Position numbers and translations under genes: made by a program. Source: Thermomicrobiales bacterium (GTDB lineage Bacteria > Chloroflexota > Chloroflexia > Thermomicrobiales > UBA6265). Taken from it: DNA of 64,000 bases. The stretch spans positions 27,827-91,826 of the forward strand of contig JAHBVL010000003.1 of the NCBI GenBank assembly GCA_019637585.1, given 5' to 3'. Below are positions 20,269 through 29,456 of the stretch, in pieces (the first letter of the stretch is position 1; each line of letters starts with the position of its first letter). The notes below the pieces were generated by a model that worked only from the letters and a program-made list of their open reading frames with translations, was not told where the DNA came from and searched no databases.

Positions 20269-21642
20269 ATGTCCAGTGCCGTTGCCGCACCCACTTTGCT
20301 CAACGATTACGAAGCAGCGTTTGCTGGTTCCAAAGCGCGCCTAGAACTCTCGCAGCAGAGTCTGGCCGGTGGTCTGGCGCATGATGGCCGCTACATCAAG
20401 CCCTTTCCGATTCAGATCGACCGCGCCGACGGCGCGCACAAATGGGATGTGGACGGCCACGAACTGATCGACTATGCCATCGGTCATGGATCGCTCATTT
20501 TGGGACACAACAACCCGGCCATCACCGCCGCCATGCACGCGCAGCTGGACAAGGGTACTCACTACAGCGCCGGCCATGAAGGTGAGATTCTCTGGGCCCA
20601 GCAGGTCCAGAAATTGATTCCCAGCGCTGAGCTGGTTCGCTTCACCGGATCAGGAACCGAATCGAACCTGCTGGCGATGCGGTTGGCTCGTGCCTACACC
20701 GGCAAACCGAGCGTGCTCAAGTTCGAAGGGCACTTTCACGGTTGGAGCGACTATCTGATCAAGGGCGAAAAACCGCCGTTCGAAGCGCCGGGCGCTCCCG
20801 GCGTGCCGGACGACGTGATGCGCACCGTTGCCGCGCTGCCGCCAGACGACATGGGCGCGGTCGAAGAACGGCTGGCGCAGGGGGATGTTGCCGTCATTCT
20901 CGTCGAACCAAGCGGTGGGTCCTGGTCGATGATTCCGCTGGCCGAGGGCACGTTGGCGTCGTTGCGCGACCTGGCAACCAAATATGGCGCCGTGCTCCTC
21001 TTTGATGAAGTCATCACCGGATTCCGCTGGGCGCCGGGTGGCGCGCAGGAGCGATTCGGCATCACTCCGGATCTGACCACCATGGCCAAGATCGTGGCGG
21101 GCGGTATGCCGGGTGGAGCCGTAGCCGGCAAAGCCGAGATCATGGAGTACCTCCTCTTCAAGGATGAGCCGGGCTGGAACGCCAAGAAGGTCATTCACCC
21201 CGGCACCTACAACGCCAACCCGCTGGCCGCCATCGCCGGCTATACCTGTCTGACGCAGTGCGAGGACCCAGCGGTCCAGCAGACCTGCGATCGACTTGCG
21301 GCCACGTTGCGGGCAGGGCTGAATACCGTTCTCGAAACACGTGGCATCGATGGCGCCTGCTGGGGCGAGAGTTCGGTGTTCCATCTGATTCTGGGAGAAA
21401 AGGTCAGCAACCGGACCGCCGGCGATCTCCGCGCGCCTGAAGGCGTCGCGCCCGCCACGTTGAAGGCCAGCGGACGGGCTGGTGTCGCCACCCCGATGCA
21501 TCTGGCCATGGCCCTGGAGGGCGTCGACCTCTTCAACGGCGGCGGTCTCCTGAGCACTCGACACACCGACGAGGACATCGCCTTCACCCTCAAAGCGTTC
21601 GACAACGCCCTGACCCGGCTCGTCGATTCAGGCTACCTCTAG
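20269..21642 (+). CDS. Class III aminotransferase (glutamate-1-semialdehyde aminomutase-like)
   Basis: 457-aa ORF with GSGTESNLLAMRLARAYTG, DEVITGFRW, MAKIVAGGMPGGA motifs typical of AT-III. Confidence 0.8.
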   Translation: MSSAVAAPTLLNDYEAAFAGSKARLELSQQSLAGGLAHDGRYIKPFPIQIDRADGAHKWDVDGHELIDYAIGHGSLILGHNNPAITAAMHAQLDKGTHYSAGHEGEILWAQQVQKLIPSAELVRFTGSGTESNLLAMRLARAYTGKPSVLKFEGHFHGWSDYLIKGEKPPFEAPGAPGVPDDVMRTVAALPPDDMGAVEERLAQGDVAVILVEPSGGSWSMIPLAEGTLASLRDLATKYGAVLLFDEVITGFRWAPGGAQERFGITPDLTTMAKIVAGGMPGGAVAGKAEIMEYLLFKDEPGWNAKKVIHPGTYNANPLAAIAGYTCLTQCEDPAVQQTCDRLAATLRAGLNTVLETRGIDGACWGESSVFHLILGEKVSNRTAGDLRAPEGVAPATLKASGRAGVATPMHLAMALEGVDLFNGGGLLSTRHTDEDIAFTLKAFDNALTRLVDSGYL

Positions 21643-21656
21643 GCGAACCCATTGGT

Positions 21657-21864
21657 GTAGCGGCGAGGCCTGCCTCGCTCGTCGGTCCGCGGTGGTCGCG
21701 ATGGGCAATGCAGGCATTGCCGCTACAGCTGGGCACGTAACACCACGGCGACGTGGGTCTTGCCCCGATATACAAGACCACCCCGTCGATGTAGCGCCGA
21801 GGCCTGCATCGCCCGTCGGTCCGCTGCGGTTGCGATCGGCAATGCAGGCATTGCCGCTACAGCT
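21657..21864. repeat. Two 75-bp direct repeats (21657-21731 and 21790-21864), each with terminal 8-bp inverted ends (gtagcggc/gccgctac) and a central perfect palindrome ggcaatgc-ag-gcattgcc; followed by a tttccca/tctacca heptamer run (21889-21925)
   Basis: Direct reading. Confidence 0.8.
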
Positions 21865-21909
21865 CTACTGCCGCGGCCACTCGACCTTCCGTTTCCCATC
21901 TACTGTTTC

Positions 21910-22494
21910 CTATCCACCATCTACCACCGCCCGATAATCCTCCAACGTATCCACATCCAACGGCATCGGACGACCGAACTCCACCGCCTCTATCTCGTCT
22001 GGGTATCGCTGAAAGAGCGCCCGAGCGCCGGTGTCCCCTGTCAATTGGGCAATCTCGGGGAAGAGCGAGGCCTGAAAAAGGACCGGGTTGCCCCTCACTC
22101 CCTGCCAGGTAGCGATGACGATTTTCGATTCGGACCGTGTTGCCGCGTCGATCACCTGATCGATCACCGCCGCATCGACGCCCGGCTGGTCCCCCAACAC
22201 GACGATCGCCGCGTCGCACCATTCGGGCAGCGCCCATACCCCGGCGATCAGAGAGCTGGCCTGCCCACTGGCATACCCTTCATTGACGACGACGGTGAAG
22301 TCACCCGGATCGATGGCGGCATCGACTGCTTCCGCGTCGTGCCCCAGCACGACGACGCCCGTATCGACACGCGAGGCGGCCACATTGTCGATCGCATGTT
22401 GCAGGAGGGGTTTGCCTCGCAGTTCGAGGAGCTGCTTGGTGACGCCGGCTCTGCTGCCGCTGCCCGCCGCCAGAATGATGGCGCCGACGCGCAT
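21910..22494 (-). CDS. mocA: Molybdenum cofactor cytidylyltransferase MocA (NTP-transferase family)
   Basis: 194-aa ORF MRVGAIILAAGSGSRAG...LGDQP motifs of MobA/MocA-like nucleotidyltransferases; sits in an xdhC/coxDE context that implies an MCD cofactor. Confidence 0.7.
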   Translation of the reverse strand: MRVGAIILAAGSGSRAGVTKQLLELRGKPLLQHAIDNVAASRVDTGVVVLGHDAEAVDAAIDPGDFTVVVNEGYASGQASSLIAGVWALPEWCDAAIVVLGDQPGVDAAVIDQVIDAATRSESKIVIATWQGVRGNPVLFQASLFPEIAQLTGDTGARALFQRYPDEIEAVEFGRPMPLDVDTLEDYRAVVDGG

Positions 22495-22509
22495 GCCCCG
22501 CTCCCCTCG

Positions 22510-23274
22510 CTAGACTCGGGCGCGAATGTTGCCGCTCGATTGGGCCAGCAAACCGCCCGGTCTGCCATGCCAGATGGCGATGATCTCAGCCAGGATGCTG
22601 ATGGCCATTTCCTCGGGGGTGCTGGCGCCGATATCGAGTCCGATCGGTCCATGAATGCGAGCGATGCTCTCCTCATCGACACCGGCATCGCGCAGCCGCT
22701 GACGCCGGTCGACATTCGTCTTCCTGCTGCCCACAGCGCCGATGTAGCGAGCCGGCGTGGCCAGCGCCCCGAGCAGCGCCGGTTCGTCGAACTTCGGATC
22801 GTGCGACAGGATCGCGATCGCGGTGTTGCGATCGATCGTCATTCCCTCCAACGCGACATCGGGCCACTCCAGGATGAGCTGATCCGCATCCGGAAAGCGT
22901 TCGGCAGTGGCCAGCTTCGGTCTGACATCGATCACCACCACCCGGAAACCGAGCATCTTGGCCATCGCGGCCAGCGGCTGGGCGACATGAACCGCTCCGA
23001 AGATCAGCAGCGACGGTGGGGGTGGAAAGCTCTCGAAGAAGACCTCGAACTCGCCAATGGACTCGGTCGTCGACCGGCTCTCCGCGAGGTGCTCCCGCAT
23101 CCGGTCGATGATTTGCTCGTCGAATGCCGCGTCACCGATGCTTCCGGAGACCTGACCATCGATCAGAACGATTCGGGCGCCGACTGCGTCTCCGCGCACG
23201 ACGGTTGCCGTCGCCGCCGGTTGATAGGATTCGATCGCCGATTTGAGTCGTTCGTAAACCGAAGTTTCGGTCAC
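22510..23274 (-). CDS. xdhC: XdhC/CoxI family accessory protein, C-terminal Rossmann-like half
   Basis: LLIFGAVHVAQPLAAMAKMLGFRVVVIDVRP motif of the XdhC C-domain; GTG start at 23274 overlaps the stop of the upstream half (GTGA). Confidence 0.65.
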   Translation of the reverse strand: MTETSVYERLKSAIESYQPAATATVVRGDAVGARIVLIDGQVSGSIGDAAFDEQIIDRMREHLAESRSTTESIGEFEVFFESFPPPPSLLIFGAVHVAQPLAAMAKMLGFRVVVIDVRPKLATAERFPDADQLILEWPDVALEGMTIDRNTAIAILSHDPKFDEPALLGALATPARYIGAVGSRKTNVDRRQRLRDAGVDEESIARIHGPIGLDIGASTPEEMAISILAEIIAIWHGRPGGLLAQSSGNIRARV

Positions 23275-23591
23275 TGCCCACCATCCAGCGGTTCGACATA
23301 GACTTCGATCGTCCCGCCGCAAGCCAGTCCCACATCCCAGGCCATTTCGTCCGAGATGCCGTAGCGGATCAGTTTCGGTTTGCCTGTGGCCAGCACATCC
23401 TGCGCTTCTTCGAAAACCGCCGTTTCCACGCAGCCACCACTCACCGACCCGGCCAGGTTTCCTCCGTCGGAAACCGCCATGGTCGCTCCAACCGGTCGCG
23501 GCGCGGAGCCCTCGACCTTCACCACGGTGGCCAACGCCACTCGTTCGCCTGACTGCCGCCAGGCGTCAATGTCGTGCAGCAGTTCTTTCAC
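23271..23591 (-). CDS. XdhC/CoxI family accessory protein, N-terminal domain (separate ORF)
   Basis: 106-aa ORF with ATVVKVEGSAPRPVGATMAV...GSVSGGCVE motif of the XdhC_CoxI N-domain. Confidence 0.65.
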   Translation of the reverse strand: MKELLHDIDAWRQSGERVALATVVKVEGSAPRPVGATMAVSDGGNLAGSVSGGCVETAVFEEAQDVLATGKPKLIRYGISDEMAWDVGLACGGTIEVYVEPLDGGQ

Positions 23592-24990
23592 GACTACCGC
23601 TCCTTTCGATGCGCTTGCCGTCCATCATCGGTCCAACATCGACCAACAGGTGACCGCGATCGTTGACAAACGGCTTCATCTGAAGTGAATCACTGGAAAC
23701 CGGCCGGATCGAGCGATTGGCGCGCACCGGCGGTGAGTCGTCCATATCGCCAAGCAATCTGGCCAGGGCTTCCAGGCTCTTGAGATTGTGGATGGGCAGA
23801 AATGCGTCGACAAAGGGAAGCGCAGCCCGAATCCCCTGGGTCAGCGGCTGGTAGCCCGGCGCGCCGAGCAGCGGATTGAGCCAGATCAACCGGCGGCACG
23901 ACCGCTGCAACCGGGCCATCTCTGTGGCCAGCAGTTGAGGGTCGCCGCGATCCCATCCATCCGAGATCATGACCACTGTGGCGCCGGACCGCAACACGCG
24001 GCGGCTCCATTCATAGTTGAACGCCTTGATCGACTCGCCGATACGGGTGCCGCCCGACCAGTCGTGCACCGATTTGACGACCTGTTCGATCGCCGAATCG
24101 ACATTCTTCTTGCGCAGTTCGCGCGTGATCCGGGTCAGCCGGGTACTGAACACAAAGACCTCGACGCTGTCGAGACCCTGCTCCAGGGCGTGGACGAACT
24201 GCAGCAGCAATCGCGAATAGCGGTCCATCGACCCGGAAATATCGCAGATAAGGACGAGCGGCCGCATCTTTTCCTTGCGCCGCCGTCTTCGCAGCTCCAG
24301 CGGCACGCCGCCATGCTTCAGACTGTGCCGCAGGGTACGGCGGTAGTCGATGAAATCACCATGCGGCGCTTTCTCCAGACGTCGCGTCTCTCGCGTGCCG
24401 AGGCGCCAAGACATCCCGGAGATGATCCGCCGGGCTTCGGCGATCTCGTCGGGCGAGAACTGGGCAAAATCCTTCTTGCGCAGCACTTCCCGGGCGCTGA
24501 AGACGATTACATCCTCGGGCAGCGCGTCCAGATCCTCGGTTTTGCTCTGATCGTCGATCGCCGAGTCCTCGACGGCCATCACGGCTCGTTCTTTGTCGGT
24601 TTCGCCCTTGCCCGCCTGCGGTTTCTTCTTCTCGACCTCGGCGCCCTTCTTGGGATCGCTGGGAGCAGGAGGCATGTCGAACTGATGCTGGTCGAGCGCG
24701 TCCTGTTCAAGCGTCTCCGGCCGGAGCAAACGCCGCCAGAACCGGGCGAACACGACGTCGAATACCGGAATCTGCTCGGGAGAGGTCACCAGGGTCGACT
24801 TGGCCGCGCTATAGAAATCGTCCCGGCGATTGCAGTCGATCACCGACACCGCATCGACCAGATTGATCACCTGCCCGGAACCGATGTTCAGCCCCGAATC
24901 GCGCAGGTCGCGGGCCAGCGTCAGCAGATTCGCGGCAAGCTGCGATTCGAGTGGTATTCCTTCGAAGAGCCGGTAACTAGTCGACGGCAC
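23566..24990 (-). CDS. coxE: VWA domain protein CoxE-like
   Basis: LVLICDISGSMDRYS MIDAS motif and C-terminal conserved region; GTG start at 24990 overlaps the coxD stop; the longer ORF to 25089 is an artefact. Confidence 0.7.
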   Translation of the reverse strand: MPSTSYRLFEGIPLESQLAANLLTLARDLRDSGLNIGSGQVINLVDAVSVIDCNRRDDFYSAAKSTLVTSPEQIPVFDVVFARFWRRLLRPETLEQDALDQHQFDMPPAPSDPKKGAEVEKKKPQAGKGETDKERAVMAVEDSAIDDQSKTEDLDALPEDVIVFSAREVLRKKDFAQFSPDEIAEARRIISGMSWRLGTRETRRLEKAPHGDFIDYRRTLRHSLKHGGVPLELRRRRRKEKMRPLVLICDISGSMDRYSRLLLQFVHALEQGLDSVEVFVFSTRLTRITRELRKKNVDSAIEQVVKSVHDWSGGTRIGESIKAFNYEWSRRVLRSGATVVMISDGWDRGDPQLLATEMARLQRSCRRLIWLNPLLGAPGYQPLTQGIRAALPFVDAFLPIHNLKSLEALARLLGDMDDSPPVRANRSIRPVSSDSLQMKPFVNDRGHLLVDVGPMMDGKRIERSGSRERTAARH

Positions 24991-25918
24991 GCTCTGCTCG
25001 ATCCACCAGCACGCTGGCCACCTCACCGCGAACCCGGTCGACATCCTCCTGGTACTTGAGGATGACCCCGAGGGTATCGTCCACCGCATCCTTGTTCAGC
25101 GACTTGGTGCCCAGCGCCAGAAGCGCGTGCGCCCAGTCGAGTGTTTCGGCCATCCCTGGCGATTTGAACAGGTCGACCTCCCGCAATCCCTGGGTGAAGG
25201 TGCAGATCTGCGCCGCCATCCGCTCCGGCGCGTCCGGCACCTTGGCCGTGAGGATCCGGAACTCCTTTTCGAAGGTCGGGAAATCGATCCAGAAATAGAG
25301 ACATCGACGCTTCAGCGCATCGTGAATCTCGCGGGTCCGGTTTGAGGTCAGAATCACGATCGGCACATGCTCCGCCCGGATCGTGCCCAGTTCCGGCACC
25401 GTCACCTGGAAGTCGGACAGCAACTCCAGCAGAAATGCTTCCAGTTCCTGATCTGCCCGATCGACCTCGTCGATCAGCAGCACCGGAGAGCGATCGTGCG
25501 ACGCATCGATCGCCTGCAGGAGGGGTCGCTTGAGCAGGAACTCCTCACCGAAGAGATCGCGCCGTGCCTGTTCGCGGCCGATCTCGCCGGTTGCTTCGAT
25601 CGTCTGCAGATAGAGCATCTGGCGGGGATAGTCCCATTCGTAGATCGCGGAGTTGGCGTCCAGACCCTCATAGCACTGCAGACGAATCAGCGGTGTCTCC
25701 AGAATGTCGGCCAGAACCTTGGCGATCTCCGTTTTGCCAACGCCGGCTTCCCCTTCGAGCAGAAGGGGTTTGCGCAGCTGCAATGTGAGAAAGAGTGTCG
25801 TCGCCAGACTACGATCGGTGATGTATCGCTCGTCCGCGAGTCGGGCAGCAAGCTGATCGACCGAGTCGAACGTGACGCCGGTGTGCTGATGCGGCAATGC
25901 CGCCGGTGAAACTGTCAA
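24977..25918 (-). CDS. coxD: MoxR-family AAA+ ATPase CoxD-like
   Basis: LLLEGEAGVGKTEIAKVLADIL Walker A, LLIDEVDRA Walker B, sensor motifs typical of MoxR/CoxD. Confidence 0.8.
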   Translation of the reverse strand: MTVSPAALPHQHTGVTFDSVDQLAARLADERYITDRSLATTLFLTLQLRKPLLLEGEAGVGKTEIAKVLADILETPLIRLQCYEGLDANSAIYEWDYPRQMLYLQTIEATGEIGREQARRDLFGEEFLLKRPLLQAIDASHDRSPVLLIDEVDRADQELEAFLLELLSDFQVTVPELGTIRAEHVPIVILTSNRTREIHDALKRRCLYFWIDFPTFEKEFRILTAKVPDAPERMAAQICTFTQGLREVDLFKSPGMAETLDWAHALLALGTKSLNKDAVDDTLGVILKYQEDVDRVRGEVASVLVDRAERAVD

Positions 25919-25984
25919 GCCGGAATCATCCTTTGCCAGAGAGGGTGCCAGCCTGCCGATGGGCAGACGCCAATATGTGAATTA

Positions 25985-26152
25985 TCAATGGGCAATGGGG
26001 AATAGGCAAAGGGCTATGGGCAAGAGGCAAAAGGCAAAAGGCAAGAGGGAAGTGGGAGATGGGAAATAGCACACGCTCCCCTCTCCCGCGGTCGGGAGAG
26101 GGGCAGGGGGTGAGGGAAGATCGGTCGGGAGAGGGGCAGGGGGTGAGGGAAT
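25985..26152. repeat. Composite repeat (inverted copy): heptamer array gggcaat/aaaaggc (25985-26070), GC hairpin cccctctcccg-cggt-cgggagagggg, then two direct copies of tcgggagaggggcagggggtgaggga
   Basis: Direct reading; it is the reverse complement of the 48565-48727 element with few mismatches. Confidence 0.85.
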
Positions 26153-26174
26153 TTCCCAGCGACCGCCCCGGCGA

Positions 26175-27005
26175 TTACTTCAGCCCGCTCAACGCTACTC
26201 CCTCGACGAGCTGCTTCTGGAAAATCAGAAACGCCAGCATCAAGGGGAACATGGCCATGTTGGCGGCAGCGAGCATAACGGCGGTGTTGGTGAAGTACTG
26301 TCCCTGGAAGAGCGCGAGGCCCACGGGCAGCACGCGCATGTCGGTCGAGCTGGTGACGGTCAATGCCCAGAGAAACTCATTCCACGACGCCAGGAGAGCC
26401 AGAAACCCGAACGCAGCCAGCGCCGGTTTGGCCAGGGGCAGAAAGATGTCCTTGTAGACCTGAATGGGATTCGCTCCTTCCAGAATCGCCGCTTCGTGAA
26501 AATCCCGGGGAATACCCAGCATGAATTGCCGCAACATGAAAACGCCGAACGAGCTGAAGATCAGGGGCACGATCAATCCCTGATAGGTGTTGAGCCAGTT
26601 GAATTCCCGCATCAGGACGAACCGCGGCACGATCAACACCTGATCGGGCACCATCAAACCCGCCAGCAGAATGAAGAACAAGATGTCTCGGCCGGGGAAC
26701 CTGAGCTGGGCAAAGGCGAACGCGGCCATCGATGCCAGCGCCACCTGACCCACGGTGCGCCCGAAGGTCACAATGATCGAGTTCAGATAGAACCTCAGGA
26801 ACGGCACGGTGTCGAAGACGTCCCGGTAGTTCTGCCACCGAATCTCGCTGGGAATGAGACTCGGCTTGACCTGGAAGAGATCGCTCACCGGTTTCAGCGA
26901 TGTCGAGATCGACCAGAGAAAGGGCAGGATGAAAATGACGCCGATCGTCAACAGAACGGCATGCAATGCCAGTCGCGACAGGAGATGCCCCACGCCCCGG
27001 TTCAT
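26175..27005 (-). CDS. Carbohydrate ABC transporter permease (MalG-like)
   Basis: Six TM segments and EAA-like loop; ATG at 27005 overlaps the upstream permease stop (ATGA). Confidence 0.8.
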   Translation of the reverse strand: MNRGVGHLLSRLALHAVLLTIGVIFILPFLWSISTSLKPVSDLFQVKPSLIPSEIRWQNYRDVFDTVPFLRFYLNSIIVTFGRTVGQVALASMAAFAFAQLRFPGRDILFFILLAGLMVPDQVLIVPRFVLMREFNWLNTYQGLIVPLIFSSFGVFMLRQFMLGIPRDFHEAAILEGANPIQVYKDIFLPLAKPALAAFGFLALLASWNEFLWALTVTSSTDMRVLPVGLALFQGQYFTNTAVMLAAANMAMFPLMLAFLIFQKQLVEGVALSGLK

Positions 27006-27925
27006 ACGTAGTTCACCCACCGGCGCTGGAGCCGGAACTGAATGAAGGTGAAGACCAGGATCATCAGCAGCAAGACCCAGGCGACCGAGATCGCATAGCC
27101 CATCCGGAAATTCCGGAATCCTTCTTCGTAGATGTAATAGACGACCGTCGGCAGTTGATTCGTCTGGTCGATTCTGGTCATCACGTAGACCAGGTCGAAC
27201 ACCTGCAGTGAGTAAATGATGCCGATGACCGACAGAAAGAAGATCGTCGGTGTGAGGAGAGGCAGCGTGACATCCCGAAAACGCTGCCAGGCGCCGGCGC
27301 CGTCGAGCGATGCCGCTTCGTAGTACTCCCGGGGGATGGTTTGCAGTCCGGCCAGGTAGATGACCATGTCATACCCCACCCCGCTCCACAGCAACACGAT
27401 GACCACCGCCGCGATCGCCGTTCTGGGATTCGACAGCCATTCAGGCTCAGGGAGACCGAATCGCCGCAGAAAACTGTTGATCGGTCCGAAAGCGGGGTCG
27501 TAGAGCCATTTCCAGATCGTGCCGATCGCCACTGGCATCGTCAGCACGGGAAGAAAAAAGAGCATCCGGTAGAACGAGCGGAAGCGGATGTTCGAGTTGA
27601 GCGCCATCGCCAGCCCCATGGCGCAGATCAGGCGCAGCACGATATGGGGAATGGTGATGGCCAGGGTATTGACCAGCGCCTCCCGGAACTCGCCATCCCG
27701 CCAGACATCGCGGTAGTTGTCCAGTCCGTTGAACACTGGGCTGGTGAGCATGTCCCACTTGTTGAAACTGAGGTAGAACGACGCCCCAAGCGCGATGAGA
27801 AAGAAGACCGCAAACCCGAGCATCACCGGCGCGATCAGGAGATATCCCCACGCCGCTTCCTGCCGGCTCCGACGCCCACCCAGCACACCCCCGGAAGCGC
27901 CCGCAGAAACAGTCTCAGCCATCAC
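27002..27925 (-). CDS. Carbohydrate ABC transporter permease (MalF-like)
   Basis: 307-aa polytopic permease with EAASLDGAGAWQRFRDVTLP EAA motif. Confidence 0.8.
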   Translation of the reverse strand: MMAETVSAGASGGVLGGRRSRQEAAWGYLLIAPVMLGFAVFFLIALGASFYLSFNKWDMLTSPVFNGLDNYRDVWRDGEFREALVNTLAITIPHIVLRLICAMGLAMALNSNIRFRSFYRMLFFLPVLTMPVAIGTIWKWLYDPAFGPINSFLRRFGLPEPEWLSNPRTAIAAVVIVLLWSGVGYDMVIYLAGLQTIPREYYEAASLDGAGAWQRFRDVTLPLLTPTIFFLSVIGIIYSLQVFDLVYVMTRIDQTNQLPTVVYYIYEEGFRNFRMGYAISVAWVLLLMILVFTFIQFRLQRRWVNYV

Positions 27926-28078
27926 CCATTCTCAACACCGCCCACATCCACTCGACCCAGCCCCACCTCGCGTCAAGGTGGCCCGGCCCCCTCTATTCAC
28001 AATGCACTATGCACTTCAAAACGCAACAGGCGCCACGAGAACGTGACGCCTGCGCCGCACATTGCTTCTGCTCGAAGA

Positions 28079-29371
28079 CTACAAAACTTCGTTGGCCGCG
28101 GCGGCGGCTTGTGCTCCGATTTCCTCCGCCGGGATGTTGCCGGCGAAACCCTCGATAACGACTTCCTGAATCTTGATCTGCCACTCGAACCCAACCACTG
28201 GATCCGGCACCTTGTGCGCATACTCGAGGGCATCGATGAAGACCTGAAGATTCATGTCAGGGTTCGCATCGAGCCAGGGCTGCTGCAGTCCGGCATGGGC
28301 CGGCACTGTGGCGCCCGACTCGCCGAGAATCGTCTCGGCTTCCTCACCGGCCAGCCACTTGACCAGTTCGAGCGCGGCGCCCGGATTGGCTCCGCCCGAC
28401 CAGATCACGTTGGCCAGACCATGCGTCACAGTGGCTCGCTCCTTGCCCTGCGGCAGGGGCGCGACGTCGATGTTCGCATCCGCTTGCCCATACGTGCCGG
28501 CGCGGAACGAACCGCCTGGAAGCATGGCCACATTCCCGGCCGGGAAGAGGGTATCCGCAACCGGATTCGACTGCTGGATGGCGATCGTCGGTGTCAGCTC
28601 ATCGGCGAAGAACCCGGTCAGGTAGACAAACGCTTCCGACGCCTCGGGAGAATCGACCACCGACGTTGACAAATCCTCGCTGAGCAGCTGTCCACCATTC
28701 TGGTAGATGAAGTTGTAGTAATTCTCCTGCCAGCTGGTCTGCAGTCCGGCGCCCCAGATACCGGCGTCGGCATCGGTCAGCTGTTCGGACACAGTCCGGA
28801 ACGTCTCCCAGGTCCAGGTGTCGTCGGGATACGCCACTCCCGCCGCGTCGAAGATGTCCTTGTTGTAGAAAAGCGCGATCGTGTCGAAGTCTCGGGGAAT
28901 CCCGTACTGGACACCTTCCCACCCGTACATCTCGACCAGTGGCACTGCGAAGTTGGCCAGATCGACGCCGCCATCTCCGACCACCGCATCGATCGGCAGC
29001 AGTGCTCCAGCCGACGCGTAGACCGGCAGTGACGCCGAATTGATCCAGAAGACGTCGAACGATTCGCCGCCCGACAGGCTGGTCTGCAGCTTCGTCCAGT
29101 AGTCGCCCCAGGGCACGATCTGCGGTTCGACCGTGATCGCCGGGAAGTGCACCTTGAACGCTTCGAGCTGCGCGGTGATGGCCGCTTCCTGGGCCATGTC
29201 CCAGAAGCCATAGGTGATCGTGACTTCCTCGCCGTTGTAGGGTTCGACGGCAGAGGCGTCCTGGGCACTGCCGATCTTCGGCAGCATTCCGGTCAAAGCC
29301 AGGGCTGACGCGCCACCCGCAGCGCCAAGCAACGATCGACGATTCACACGCGTAGAGAACTTGGGTACCAT
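28079..29371 (-). CDS. ABC transporter extracellular solute-binding protein (sugar family) with Tat-like signal
   Basis: N-terminal RRSLLGAAGGASALA signal then family-1 SBP-like sequence; GAGGAG RBS. Confidence 0.8.
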   Translation of the reverse strand: MVPKFSTRVNRRSLLGAAGGASALALTGMLPKIGSAQDASAVEPYNGEEVTITYGFWDMAQEAAITAQLEAFKVHFPAITVEPQIVPWGDYWTKLQTSLSGGESFDVFWINSASLPVYASAGALLPIDAVVGDGGVDLANFAVPLVEMYGWEGVQYGIPRDFDTIALFYNKDIFDAAGVAYPDDTWTWETFRTVSEQLTDADAGIWGAGLQTSWQENYYNFIYQNGGQLLSEDLSTSVVDSPEASEAFVYLTGFFADELTPTIAIQQSNPVADTLFPAGNVAMLPGGSFRAGTYGQADANIDVAPLPQGKERATVTHGLANVIWSGGANPGAALELVKWLAGEEAETILGESGATVPAHAGLQQPWLDANPDMNLQVFIDALEYAHKVPDPVVGFEWQIKIQEVVIEGFAGNIPAEEIGAQAAAAANEVL

Positions 29372-29424
29372 GCTAGGCTCCTCGATTCATCTCCCCGGCA
29401 AACGAAACCGCCGGGCAATGCGAG

Positions 29425-29448
29425 AGTATCACGATTCCTGACCTTCTT
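29425..29448 (-). terminator. Stem-loop attcctgac-cttctt-gtcaggaat just downstream of the ALDH stop
   Basis: Direct reading. Confidence 0.35.
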
Positions 29449-29456
29449 GTCAGGAA

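Noticed and set aside
22510-23591. xdhC as a simple frameshifted pseudogene
   Set aside because: This is not excluded, but the precise GTGA start/stop overlap and intact domain boundaries favour two coupled genes. It is kept as a finding with the refuting test stated.
23788-25059. 423-aa plus-strand ORF
   Set aside because: It is antisense to coxE and coxD, which carry MIDAS and Walker motifs.
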